NCBI GenBank assembly: GCA_963804955.1
Contig: CAWDSQ010000020.1
Span: forward strand, 128,001 to 192,000
DNA length: 64,000 bases
Direction: 5' to 3'
From: an uncultured delta proteobacterium
Lineage (GTDB): Bacteria > Desulfobacterota > WTBG01 > CAIYCZ01 > CAIRTM01
The notes under the pieces were generated by a model. That model saw only the letters and a list, made by a program, of their open reading frames with translations, ran no database searches and was not told the origin of the DNA. The position numbers and the translations under genes are program-made. This document shows, piece by piece, positions 23,611 through 37,990 of this stretch (the first letter of the stretch is position 1; each line of letters opens with the position of its first letter).

Positions 23611-24156
23611 ATGGGGTACACAATCATGACGAAGAGCATACCTGACAATAAAAGCGGTAAGACTTCCAGGGCGGAAAAGTATCTCACTTTTAATCTCGGA
23701 TCTGAACAGTACGGTCTGGGAATACTGAAAGTGAGAGAAATAATCGGAATAATGGATATAACAAGGGTTCCACGCACTCCGGATTTTATTCGCGGCGTTG
23801 TTAATCTTCGCGGCAAAGTTATCCCCGTCATTGACCTGCGCAAAAAGTTCGGCATGGCAACGATTGATGACACTGAGCAAACCTGCATCATTGTTGTCGA
23901 TATGCTGTTTGAGGACAATTCACTGCTGATGGGCATTATCGTAGACAGTGTGTCTGAAGTTCTTGATATTGATATAGAAGATATAGAGGATACCCCCATA
24001 TTCGGTGCTGCTGTCAGTACTGATTTTATACAGGGCATCGCAAAAATAAAAGGCGGAGTCAAGATTCTTCTCAATATCGAAAGGGTTTTAACGACAGCAG
24101 AGATTTTAACATTGCCAAAAGTTGGTGCGGAAGTTTCATTGACCAGTCAATCATGA
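23611..24156 (+). CDS. cheW: Chemotaxis coupling protein CheW
   Basis: KYLTFNL, VREII, GVVNLRGKVIPVIDLR and GIIVDSVSEV motifs. Confidence 0.95.
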   Translation: MGYTIMTKSIPDNKSGKTSRAEKYLTFNLGSEQYGLGILKVREIIGIMDITRVPRTPDFIRGVVNLRGKVIPVIDLRKKFGMATIDDTEQTCIIVVDMLFEDNSLLMGIIVDSVSEVLDIDIEDIEDTPIFGAAVSTDFIQGIAKIKGGVKILLNIERVLTTAEILTLPKVGAEVSLTSQS

Positions 24157-24170
24157 TCAAGCATTGAAGC

Positions 24171-24974
24171 ATGGACCATCAAACGTTTAACAAGTTTCGT
24201 GAAATTATTTATGCAAACAGCGGCATTGCACTCAATGACACGAAAGAAGCCATGGTCTCTGCACGAATTGCAAAAAGATTGCGCGCTATTGGGCTTGAAA
24301 CCCATCAGCAGTACCTGCAGTTTTTGCTGCACGAGGATAGCGGCAATGAAATAACACATTTTCTTGATGTCATTTCGACAAATGTCACCAGTTTTTTTCG
24401 TGAACCGTCCCATTTTGAGTTTCTTGCAAAAAATGTCGACCACTGGCTTGCAGCAGGCAAAAGCCGAATACGCATATGGTGTGCAGCTGCATCGACTGGA
24501 GAAGAGCCGTACTCTATTGCTATGACGCTGCTTGAAGCAGCCGGCGGCCGAAATATAGACATGCGCATACTTGCCACAGATATATCTACAAGCGCACTGT
24601 CACGGGCGCAGAATGGCCTTTATTCCAGTTCGTCCCTTGATGGTGTATCCGAGTCATACAAAATGCGCTTCTTTGTACGCCAGAAACAGAATAATGACGT
24701 TGTCTATCGAGTCTGCGATCCATTAAAAAACATGATCGTATTCCGCAGGCTTAATCTTTCACAGCCGCCATTTCCTATGACCGGCCGTCTTGATATTGTT
24801 TTTTGCCGCAATGTGATGATTTATTTTGATAACAGTGTCCGTGCGCGTCTTGTTGATGAAATTTATCGGCTGCTGAACCCTGCAGGCTATTTGCTAACGG
24901 GGCACGCAGAGGGCCTTACAGCAATAAAAACCGAACTTCGATGTCTTGAACCATCTGTTTATCAAAAACAATAA
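24171..24974 (+). CDS. cheR: Chemotaxis methyltransferase CheR
   Basis: TNVTSFFRE, RIWCAAASTGEEPYS, ATDIS and FCRNVMIYF motifs. Confidence 0.95.
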   Translation: MDHQTFNKFREIIYANSGIALNDTKEAMVSARIAKRLRAIGLETHQQYLQFLLHEDSGNEITHFLDVISTNVTSFFREPSHFEFLAKNVDHWLAAGKSRIRIWCAAASTGEEPYSIAMTLLEAAGGRNIDMRILATDISTSALSRAQNGLYSSSSLDGVSESYKMRFFVRQKQNNDVVYRVCDPLKNMIVFRRLNLSQPPFPMTGRLDIVFCRNVMIYFDNSVRARLVDEIYRLLNPAGYLLTGHAEGLTAIKTELRCLEPSVYQKQ

Positions 24975-24988
24975 CCTGAGCACCGGAT

Positions 24989-25474
24989 GTGCCTGTGAAT
25001 TCTCTTGTTGTCGGCATTTCAGACATGAAGGTGTCCAGCACGAAAGACGATGTGCTGATTACCTATTCCCTGGGTTCCTGCCTTGGTGTGGTTATCTATG
25101 ATCCTGTTGCGCAGGTTGCAGGGCTTTTGCACAGCATGTTGCCGCTTTCTAAAATAGATCCTCTTAAGGCAAAAACAGCACCCTGCATGTTTGTCGATAC
25201 CGGCATTCCTCTGCTGTTTAATGAAGCCTATAAGAAAGGTGCTGAAAAAAAACGTATCATCGTCAAGGCGGTCGGATGCTCTTCCATGCTTGATGAAAAA
25301 GGTTTTTTTAAGATCGGGGAGCGCAATTTCACCATACTCAGAAAACTTCTCTGGAAAAATAATATACTTATCGATAAAGAGGATATCGGGGGTGATCAGT
25401 CACGAACTGTTTCCGTTACTGTGGCAACCGGCAGAGTGATAGTAAAATCCGATGGGAAGGAGAAAGAGCTGTAA
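24989..25474 (+). CDS. cheD: Chemoreceptor glutamine deamidase CheD
   Basis: TYSLGSCLGV, LLHSMLP, IGERN and EDIGG..SRT motifs; GTG start. Confidence 0.92.
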   Translation: MPVNSLVVGISDMKVSSTKDDVLITYSLGSCLGVVIYDPVAQVAGLLHSMLPLSKIDPLKAKTAPCMFVDTGIPLLFNEAYKKGAEKKRIIVKAVGCSSMLDEKGFFKIGERNFTILRKLLWKNNILIDKEDIGGDQSRTVSVTVATGRVIVKSDGKEKEL

Positions 25475-25582
25475 TTCCCCTGCTAGACTGGATTTTGGCG
25501 TTTGCACGCTGACATATAATTTTTATGCCCGCGTGCTGGTGGAAATGTAAAAACAATTTGCCCATATTAGGAGGCATGCAGC

Positions 25583-25958
25583 ATGGCGTATAATATTCTT
25601 ATTGTTGATGATTCAAAGATCATACGATCTGTCATAAAAAAAACCCTCGAAATTTCAGGTATCCCGGTTGGCGATATATTTGAGGCTTCCAATGGTCTGG
25701 AAGGACTGACCGCCATGCGTGAACACTGGATTGACCTTGTTTTTGCCGATCTGAATATGCCGGTCATGAACGGTCTTGAAATGCTTGATATGATGGCTCA
25801 GGAGAAACTGATTCAGAAAATACCTGTTTTAATATGCTCAACAGAGGGCAGTAAAACACGTATTGAGGAGCTGTTTAAAAAAGGTGTTCGGGCGTTTCTC
25901 CGCAAGCCTATCACGCCCGAAGTTTTACGAAATGTTGTCAGAGAGGTCATGGGTGATT

Positions 25959-25972
<14 letters not shown>
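25583..25972 (+). CDS. cheY: Single-domain response regulator (CheY-like)
   Basis: ILIVDDS, ADLNMPVMNG and FLRKP motifs. Confidence 0.85.
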
Positions 25973-27454
<1,482 letters not shown>

Positions 27455-27457
27455 TTT

Positions 27458-27485
27458 GGTTTACATAATATATATTATCAGACAT
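27458..27485 (-). other. dif: dif site (XerC/XerD chromosome dimer resolution site)
   Basis: Minus strand ATGTCTGATAA-TATATA-TTATGTAAACC: 11-6-11 layout with inner ATAA/TTAT and a XerD-type arm (E. coli dif: GGTGCGCATAA-TGTATA-TTATGTTAAAT). Intergenic, and KOPS motifs converge on it. Confidence 0.9.
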
Positions 27486-27495
27486 TAAGCATCCA

Positions 27496-27523
27496 TGTTA
27501 ACATAAGTCCACGAATACGCTTG
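27496..27523 (-). other. Second, degenerate dif-like site (strong XerD arm)
   Basis: Minus strand CAAGCGTATTC-GTGGAC-TTATGTTAACA; same orientation as dif, separated from it by 10 bp. Confidence 0.5.
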
Positions 27524-27756
27524 CCTTTGTTTCCTCACCGTTTTTCAAACCCCTGCGGGTGTTTTTTTTCACAAAGGCTGTAGGCTTGTGCACAATCCGG
27601 CTGCTGGAGTGCTTGAATAGATTAACAATACTGCGAAGCGCCTAAAATTTGACTCTGCCAGCGTTTCACATATTGATTATTCACAGGATTTGTATTATAA
27701 AAATTGCCTGTTACTCTCTTAAAAAAAGTTATTTTTTATTATACCTGCTAATTATT

Positions 27757-29583
27757 ATGATACAAAAAAGAAAAAAAGAAACTGTCCTGATGGGAAACGA
27801 GGCAATTGCCCTCGGCATCATTGAAAACGGCTGCAGCATGGCCTGCTCATATCCCGGTACTCCCGCATCTGAAATTTTAACTTCCATTGCCCGATACAGA
27901 GCCGCATATGGCAGCAAGATGCATATTGAGTGGTCGGTCAATGAAAAAGCAGCTTTTGAAGTCGCCCTTGCCAATAGCTATTCCGGCTGCAGATCTGCTG
28001 TATCAATGAAGCAGGTTGGACTTAATGTTGCACTTGACCCTCTTATGAGCTCAGCCTACACAGGCGTTGTGGGCGGTTTTCTTCTCGTTTCCGCAGATGA
28101 TCCCGGGCCCCACAGTTCTCAAACAGAACAGGATAGCCGCTTTGTCGCAATGCTTGCAAAAATTCCGGTCCTTGATCCATCCTCTCCGCGTGAAGCACAT
28201 GACATGATTTCTGAGGCCTATACAATTTCTGAAAAATATGCAATCCCCGTGATGCTGCGCCCGACAACGCGGGTTTGCCACGCCCGCCAGAATGTTGCCC
28301 CTGGAAAATCCGTGAACATGAACCGTAAGGCTTTTTTTTTAAAAGACCCTGAGCGCTGGGCTGCAACTCCTAAATTTCGCTATAAACTTCATAAAGATTT
28401 GAATAAAAAGCTGTGTTCAATTGCTGATGAAAAAGTATTCCAGCCTTCTTTTTATCCCGGCAGTAACAACACTGCCAAAAGTTGCATACTATCATCCGGC
28501 GTGGCATTCTCATATGTCCTTGACTTTTTAACTGATTACAATCTGCTTGATAAAGTAGCTCTATGTAAAGTTTCTATGCCATTTCCCCTGCCGGAGAGTT
28601 TTTTAAAATCTATTACAGCGAAGTTTAAGAAAATTCTTGTTATTGAAGAAACATATCCTGTTATTGAACTGCAAATCCATGACCGCAGACATGTTACCGG
28701 CAGGTTGAGCGGGCATGTTCCATCCGAAGGAGAAATAACGCCGGACATTATCAATCCTGTCATACGTACATTTTTCAACCTGCCCCTGCCCTCTGTAAAG
28801 CCCGCCAAAGCGGGCGGCCAGCGGCCGTCGTTATGTCCGGGATGCCCGCACCGTGCCACGTATTTTGCTATTAAAAAAGCCCTTCCTAAAGCGATTTATC
28901 CCGGGGATATCGGCTGCTATACTCTTGGAATAAACCTCGGAGCAGTGGACACCTGCCTGTGCATGGGTGCTTCTATCAATCAGGCCGCAGGTTTTTATCA
29001 CTCTTTTAAATCATCCGGCAGAGAAGAAACATCAATTGTCGCAACCATTGGCGACTCAACCTTTATACATTCCGGCATTACCGCGCTTATCAATGCTGTT
29101 TACAACGGAGCACGCTTTATTCTTGTCATTCTTGACAACAGCACTACTGCAATGACGGGAAATCAGCCTACAGCTGCAACAGGTGTCCGCGCTGATGGTA
29201 CGTCAACCACCGGCATTCAGTTGGAGAAACTGCTTGACGGGTGCGGCGTAACCTATATTAAAAACATTGATTCTTATGATGTTCAGCAAATCATTTCCGC
29301 ACTCAGGGATGCCGATTTATATACAAGAAAAAAAGACGGCGGAATTGCAGTCATCATCTCAAAGCATCCATGCCTGGTTGGTTCAAAGCCACAGAAAACA
29401 TTTTCCGTCGTGGTGAGCGATGATTGTACCGGTTGTCAATACTGCATAACAAACTTCGAGTGCCCTGCTCTTGTGCTGGAAAACGGCAAGGTTATCATCA
29501 ATACAGCGTTCTGCAATGGATGTGGAGTCTGTGCACATGTCTGCCCTGTGCATGCAATAAAGGTGGAAGAAAAAAACGTATGA
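27757..29583 (+). CDS. iorA: Indolepyruvate:ferredoxin oxidoreductase alpha subunit
   Basis: MGNEAIA, YPGTPASE, EWSVNEK, MKQVGLNVALDP, CPGCPHR, DIGCYTL and GDSTF..NSTTAMTG motifs; two C-terminal 4Fe-4S motifs. Confidence 0.93.
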   Translation: MIQKRKKETVLMGNEAIALGIIENGCSMACSYPGTPASEILTSIARYRAAYGSKMHIEWSVNEKAAFEVALANSYSGCRSAVSMKQVGLNVALDPLMSSAYTGVVGGFLLVSADDPGPHSSQTEQDSRFVAMLAKIPVLDPSSPREAHDMISEAYTISEKYAIPVMLRPTTRVCHARQNVAPGKSVNMNRKAFFLKDPERWAATPKFRYKLHKDLNKKLCSIADEKVFQPSFYPGSNNTAKSCILSSGVAFSYVLDFLTDYNLLDKVALCKVSMPFPLPESFLKSITAKFKKILVIEETYPVIELQIHDRRHVTGRLSGHVPSEGEITPDIINPVIRTFFNLPLPSVKPAKAGGQRPSLCPGCPHRATYFAIKKALPKAIYPGDIGCYTLGINLGAVDTCLCMGASINQAAGFYHSFKSSGREETSIVATIGDSTFIHSGITALINAVYNGARFILVILDNSTTAMTGNQPTAATGVRADGTSTTGIQLEKLLDGCGVTYIKNIDSYDVQQIISALRDADLYTRKKDGGIAVIISKHPCLVGSKPQKTFSVVVSDDCTGCQYCITNFECPALVLENGKVIINTAFCNGCGVCAHVCPVHAIKVEEKNV

Positions 29584-30104
29584 CAAAAAAAAAACAACTT
29601 GATGCTCAAATTGTCATCTGCGGCCGTGGAGGACAGGGTATTCTATTCCTCACGCGGCTGCTGGACGAAGCAGCCATTTTACAGGGCAGTAATGTCATTT
29701 CTTCTGAAACCCACGGCATGGCTATGCGTGGCGGATCCGTTACCTCCCATGTTCGCATCGGTAACTACCTCTCACCCCTTATCCCTTCAGGGAAAGGGGA
29801 CATCCTGATTGCAGTGAACGAGAGTGAAGAACCCTTTAACAGGCATCTTATGAAAAAGGATGCCCGCATGTACATAAATTCTTTAGCCCGCAGGCCGAAC
29901 GCCATTTGCGCAGAAAAAATCGCCCGACTGCTCGGCTCCCCTGTGGTGACCAATCTGGTGCTGCTCGGTTTTGCCTGCGCGCACCCTGATTTTCCGTTCA
30001 CGTATGCGCACCTTTATAAAATATTACAGCAGATTAGCCCGGCCAAAGCGCTTGATTTAAACCTTAAGGCATTTACTGAAGGATTTCAAACAGGAACCAA
30101 CTAA
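29580..30104 (+). CDS. iorB: Indolepyruvate oxidoreductase beta subunit
   Basis: GRGGQGILF, SETHGMAMRGGSV and NLVLLG motifs; ATGA overlap with iorA. Confidence 0.9.
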   Translation: MTKKKQLDAQIVICGRGGQGILFLTRLLDEAAILQGSNVISSETHGMAMRGGSVTSHVRIGNYLSPLIPSGKGDILIAVNESEEPFNRHLMKKDARMYINSLARRPNAICAEKIARLLGSPVVTNLVLLGFACAHPDFPFTYAHLYKILQQISPAKALDLNLKAFTEGFQTGTN

Positions 30105-30128
30105 CCCTCCAGGAGAGTATCCATAGCC

Positions 30129-31403
30129 ATGTTTCAGCCCGAATTTGAACAATTACCCCAGCCTGCTCTGCAAAAACTGCAGCTAGACCGCCTTAAGGAA
30201 ACCCTCAAGCGGATAGAGACAACTAATCCCTTTTATTTTGACAAAATTCACCGCCTGCGGGCAGATGATGTCGGCTCGCTGGAGGATATCAAAAAATTTC
30301 CACTCATGACCAAGGATGACCTGCGCGACGGCTATCCATTTAAATATAGCTGCGCAGAAAAGTCCTCGTTTCTTCGCATGCATATGAGCTCGGGCACCAC
30401 CGGAACCCCCATCATTAATCCCATGACTCGCAATGACCTGCGCCAGTGGGGCTCCATCATGGCTCGCTGCTACGCAGCAGCCGGTCTTACGCCCGGTGAT
30501 GTCATACAAATCACGCCATCCTTCGGTTTATTCAACGGCGGTTTCGGCTTTCATTACGGGGCTGAGGCGCTCGGAGCCATGGTTATACCAATCGGCGCAG
30601 GCAGAACGCTTTTGCAGCTGAAATTTTTAAATGATTTCAACGTTACCGCCATTGCAGCAATTGCATCCTATCCCTTGCGACTCATAGAGGTTGCGGAAAA
30701 AGAAGGCTTCAACTTCCGGGATACAGGGCTGAAAATCGGAATTTTCGGATCCGAAGTCTGGAGCGATGAAATCCGCAAGCGCATTGAAGCGCATATGGGT
30801 ATTGAGACATTCGATATTATCGGCATGACTGAAACCGGAGGTGTGGGGCTTGGCATCGACTGCAAGGCGCATAACGGCATTCATGTCTGGGAGGATGATT
30901 ATCTGGTTGAAATCATCGATCCGGATACCGGGATTCCCGTGCCTGATGGCCAGGAAGGCGAAATGATTGTAACAACCCTGAATCGCGAAGGCCTGCCGCT
31001 CATACGCTACCGAACACGTGACATTACGTCTGTCATTTCACGCGAAACATGCGCCTGCGGCAGAACATCTTTGCGTATTCAGCGCCTCAAAGGCCGCAAT
31101 GATGATATGCTCAAGATAAAAGGGGTCAACTTTTATCCCACTCAGCTTGAAAGCGTTCTTATGCAGCATGAGGAACTTGCAAGCCATTACCAGATCGTCC
31201 TCGAAAATCCTAAAGGCAGGGATGTCCTCACGGTCATGATCGAAACGCACAAAGAGGTCAGCTCAGCAGTGCGCGAGAAAATCGATATGCAAATCTACGA
31301 CATGCTTGGCTTTCATGTGGATACATTTAACTTTATGGCTGAGGGGACGCTGCCGCGCGTACCCGGTAAAGCGGTGCGTGTTGTTGATCATCGGGGAAGT
31401 TAA
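30129..31403 (+). CDS. paaK: Phenylacetate-CoA ligase family protein
   Basis: HMSSGTTG, GLFNGGFGFHYG, PLIRYRTRD and GRNDDMLKIKGVN motifs. Confidence 0.88.
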   Translation: MFQPEFEQLPQPALQKLQLDRLKETLKRIETTNPFYFDKIHRLRADDVGSLEDIKKFPLMTKDDLRDGYPFKYSCAEKSSFLRMHMSSGTTGTPIINPMTRNDLRQWGSIMARCYAAAGLTPGDVIQITPSFGLFNGGFGFHYGAEALGAMVIPIGAGRTLLQLKFLNDFNVTAIAAIASYPLRLIEVAEKEGFNFRDTGLKIGIFGSEVWSDEIRKRIEAHMGIETFDIIGMTETGGVGLGIDCKAHNGIHVWEDDYLVEIIDPDTGIPVPDGQEGEMIVTTLNREGLPLIRYRTRDITSVISRETCACGRTSLRIQRLKGRNDDMLKIKGVNFYPTQLESVLMQHEELASHYQIVLENPKGRDVLTVMIETHKEVSSAVREKIDMQIYDMLGFHVDTFNFMAEGTLPRVPGKAVRVVDHRGS

Positions 31404-31492
31404 CATTCATACGTAGCAAACAGAATTGACTGATTCTCCCTCTATGCAAACAACATTTTAATACCCCTGTTTTAGTGAAAGGAGTTTGCTCA

Positions 31493-32044
31493 TTGAAAAA
31501 TGTACTTGTGCCGCGAGAAGTTTTTTTTACCAAAGGTGCCGGCACCCATAAAGATGAACTGAGGTCATTCGAACTGGCGCTGCGCGATGCAGGTATTGAG
31601 AAACAGAATCTCGTACCTGTATCCAGTATTTTGCCCCCCGAATGTAAAATTATTTCAAAATCACTCGGCCTGACACGTCTTTCACCCGGCGCGATTAATT
31701 TTACCGTTATCAGTAAATGCGCAAGCAATGAACCTCATCGGCTTATTGTGTCTTCAGTTGGATGCGCTATCCCTGCCGACAAAACCGGATATGGATATCT
31801 TTCGGAATTTCACGCTTTCGGCATTACTGAAAAACTGGCAGGCGATTATGCGGAAGATATGGCTGCAGCCATGCTTGCTACAACCCTGGGCATAGAATTC
31901 GATGAGGACAAAAGCTGGGATGAAAAAAAGGAAGTCTATCGCATCAGCAATAAGATATACCGATCTACTGAAATAACCCAGTCTGCAATTGTCGGACAGA
32001 AAGGCTATACGACGGTTGTTGCCGCCGCTGTGTTTATTTTATAG
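31493..32044 (+). CDS. pdaD: Pyruvoyl-dependent arginine decarboxylase
   Basis: SFELALRDAGI..NLVPVSSILPP (Ser-Ser self-cleavage site) and YGYLSE; probable TTG start after AAGGAG. Confidence 0.9.
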   Translation: MKNVLVPREVFFTKGAGTHKDELRSFELALRDAGIEKQNLVPVSSILPPECKIISKSLGLTRLSPGAINFTVISKCASNEPHRLIVSSVGCAIPADKTGYGYLSEFHAFGITEKLAGDYAEDMAAAMLATTLGIEFDEDKSWDEKKEVYRISNKIYRSTEITQSAIVGQKGYTTVVAAAVFIL

Positions 32045-32283
32045 TCAGCAGGGACGCACCGTGCGCACAGGGAAATTTTTTGTGCTGCTGTGCTTTGTTT
32101 AAAAGGCATGCATCCTTTATAGCCCCTGCCCTTTTGCTTTTCGGTGATCATATACGGCGTTTCGGTTTCCTGTTTTTTTACCAGCTTGACACCCGTTTAT
32201 GGCTTCGAAATACATGCAGTAAACACGAAAGGTACTGCTCTCATGGTCCTATTCGTTAAGGAAAAGTAAATTGACCCCGTTGA

Positions 32284-33624
<1,341 letters not shown>

Positions 33625-33658
33625 GCAGCACCTGTCCATCAGGCTATGAAACGTGTCG

Positions 33659-33714
33659 CGGGGTATTTATGTGTCGAAATGACTGCGGCACGCAAATCCC
33701 CCGTTTTATATTTT
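33659..33714 (+). terminator. Probable terminator hairpin after eno
   Basis: Imperfect long stem (CGGGG..ATTT..GTGTCG / CGGCAC..AAAT..CCCCG) followed by TTTTATATTTT. Confidence 0.5.
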
Positions 33715-33728
33715 AAAAAGGGCATGCC

Positions 33729-33863
33729 ATAAAAAACAGAAAGTTTGAAGAACTGTTTAGCGCCGGAAATTCAAAAATAGTATTTTTAATTATGGACGGA
33801 CTCGGCGGGGTTGAAAACGACGATCAGGGCGGCACTGAACTGCACGTCGGACACAAGCCATAA
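33729..33863 (+). pseudogene. apgM: Remnant of ApgM-type (archaeal-like) cofactor-independent phosphoglycerate mutase, N-terminus only
   Basis: Unannotated frame reads FEELFSAGNSKIVFLIMDGLGGVENDDQGGTELHVGHKP-stop, matching the ApgM N-terminal KIV(L/F)L(I/V)MDGLGG..G.TELE.A..P motif; no proper start codon upstream of the motif. Confidence 0.7.
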
Positions 33864-33877
33864 AAAAAAGCACGTGA

Positions 33878-35902
<2,025 letters not shown>

Positions 35903-35922
35903 TTTTACTGCCTGCCGCTGTA

Positions 35923-36858
35923 TCAACCACGGTACAGTTCAACCCGGTTTCTTCCGGCATTTTTTGCGCTGTAGAGAGCTTCGTCGGCAAAACGTATTAT
36001 ATCTGTATGTGTTTGTGGTCTGTTTTCCGGAAGAGAGGCAACGCCCAGGCTCACGGTTACCTTTATACTGTTTCCCTCAAATTGAAAATCGGTTTCATCT
36101 ACACTTCTTCGCAGCCGTTCACTGAATGTAGCAGCATTTTCAATCGTTGTGTGCGGCAAAATAAGGGCAAACTCCTCACCTCCGTAGCGAGCGGCTACGT
36201 CAACATCCCGGATGCTGGCTAAAATTATTTCTGCAAGTTTTTTCAGTATTTCATCGCCTGCCTGATGCCCGTAGGTGTCATTGATTTTTTTAAAAAAATC
36301 TATATCCATCAAGACGCAGCTGAGGGCAAGCCCGTACCTTTTAGACCTGCTGAACTCTTCAACGATGCGATCATGAAAATACCGGTGATTATATAAATTG
36401 GTAAGGCCGTCTTTTTTAACCAGCTCTTCAAGGAGCTTATTTTTCTCCTGGAGCTCATCCCAGAGAGTTTTCATTTTTATCTGCGTCGCCACGCGGGCCT
36501 GCAGCTCTTCATGATCATAGGGCTTTTGTATATAATCGGCAGCGCCGAGTTCAAGCCCCTTTACTTTATCAACGATTTCAGCCCTGCTGGTAACCATGAT
36601 TATGGGAATATCTTTAGTTTCAACCTCGGCCTTCAAGCAGCGGCAGACTTCATACCCGTCTATTTCAGGCATCATGACATCAAGGAGAATGACATGCGGT
36701 TTGAATGATTTAGCGGATTCAATACCTTCTAAGCCGCTGGTAGCAGTTTCAACAGAATGCCCTTTCTTGGTCAGCAGCATGCTTGCCAGGCGTTTTATGA
36801 CTGCGTTATCGTCTATTACCAGAACTCTGCCGGTCTGTTCAGTAGCCATGCATACCAT
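35923..36858 (-). CDS. Response regulator diguanylate cyclase (REC + GGDEF)
   Basis: Receiver LLDVMMP; DGLTNLYN, DIDFFKKINDTYGH, I-site RDVD and active site GGEEF. Confidence 0.93.
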   Translation of the reverse strand: MVCMATEQTGRVLVIDDNAVIKRLASMLLTKKGHSVETATSGLEGIESAKSFKPHVILLDVMMPEIDGYEVCRCLKAEVETKDIPIIMVTSRAEIVDKVKGLELGAADYIQKPYDHEELQARVATQIKMKTLWDELQEKNKLLEELVKKDGLTNLYNHRYFHDRIVEEFSRSKRYGLALSCVLMDIDFFKKINDTYGHQAGDEILKKLAEIILASIRDVDVAARYGGEEFALILPHTTIENAATFSERLRRSVDETDFQFEGNSIKVTVSLGVASLPENRPQTHTDIIRFADEALYSAKNAGRNRVELYRG

Positions 36859-36881
36859 CCATGAATCTTGCGCGCAGCTAA

Positions 36882-37985
36882 TCAGGATACGTGTATAAGC
36901 CTGTAGCGTCTCGTCCCAATTTGCAGCTGCTCGGCATACTCAAGCTGCACTTCCCAGTCAACAGAGGGATAGAGACCTCGAAACTTATCCTGATCGGGCT
37001 TGTGGTTTTTCATTAAAGCTGAATTCGCAGTGCCCTGTTGACTATTTACAAGATCTGCTGATGCCTGATCAATTGCAACAGGGTCAGTAGATGCAAGAAT
37101 GCCGATATCGGGAACAATACTCAGATCAGAATGCCCGTAACAGTCGCATTGCGGGCTGATATCAGTCAGGAAATTAATAAACAGCATATTTTTATTTATC
37201 GAAACTCCCAGAGCATATTCAACCATTTTTTCCTGAAAAAGACGGTTGTTTTCGTTCCAGCTGATTTTAACGGCTCCCTGCGGGCAAACGGTTATACATT
37301 TGGCGCAGCCGATGCAGGCAACGGTATTGATAAGGGCTTTTTTTCTTCTGTAGCCAATAGCCTGAACCGGACATTGATCCATACACCGGCCGCAGCCCGT
37401 GCATTCTTTCCGTTCTATGGCCGGACTGATATCGGTATGCTGCTTCATTTTTCCCTCTCGCGATGCGCAGCCCATGCCGAGATTTTTTAATGCACCGCCA
37501 AACCCGGACAACTCATGGCCTTTAAAATGAGTTACACATACCAGGGCATCGGCATTGGTTATTGCCGAACCGATCAGCACCTCCTTGAAGTGTTTAGCCT
37601 GTATGGCAACGCGCGTTTCATCTGTGCCGCGCAGCCCGTCGGCAATGACAACAGGTGCAGCCATAGCGGTAAAATTAAAACCATGAACAAGTGCAATGGC
37701 CACATGAGACACGGCCTCACTGCGTTCCCCCCGATAAAGAGTATTGGTATCAGTCAAAAAAGGTTTGGCGCCGAGGGCTGTAATGGAATCGATGATGTCC
37801 CGTATAAAGATCGGACGGATAAAAGCGGAATTCCCTTTTTCTCCAAAATGCAATTTAACTGCGGTCAGATTGTTTTCGTGAACGACAGAAGTGATGCCGG
37901 CCTGAACCAGCAATGCGCGTATTTTATCCGACATAGTACGGGCAGGCTTGGCTCGCAGATCGGCAAAATAGACTTTTGCATTCAT
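36882..37985 (-). CDS. DUF362-domain protein with two 4Fe-4S ferredoxin motifs
   Basis: AVKLHFGEKGN, HFKGH..GFGGALKNLGMG, two CxxCxxCxxxCP motifs and DPVAIDQA. Confidence 0.88.
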   Translation of the reverse strand: MNAKVYFADLRAKPARTMSDKIRALLVQAGITSVVHENNLTAVKLHFGEKGNSAFIRPIFIRDIIDSITALGAKPFLTDTNTLYRGERSEAVSHVAIALVHGFNFTAMAAPVVIADGLRGTDETRVAIQAKHFKEVLIGSAITNADALVCVTHFKGHELSGFGGALKNLGMGCASREGKMKQHTDISPAIERKECTGCGRCMDQCPVQAIGYRRKKALINTVACIGCAKCITVCPQGAVKISWNENNRLFQEKMVEYALGVSINKNMLFINFLTDISPQCDCYGHSDLSIVPDIGILASTDPVAIDQASADLVNSQQGTANSALMKNHKPDQDKFRGLYPSVDWEVQLEYAEQLQIGTRRYRLIHVS

Positions 37986-37990
37986 CCCTT

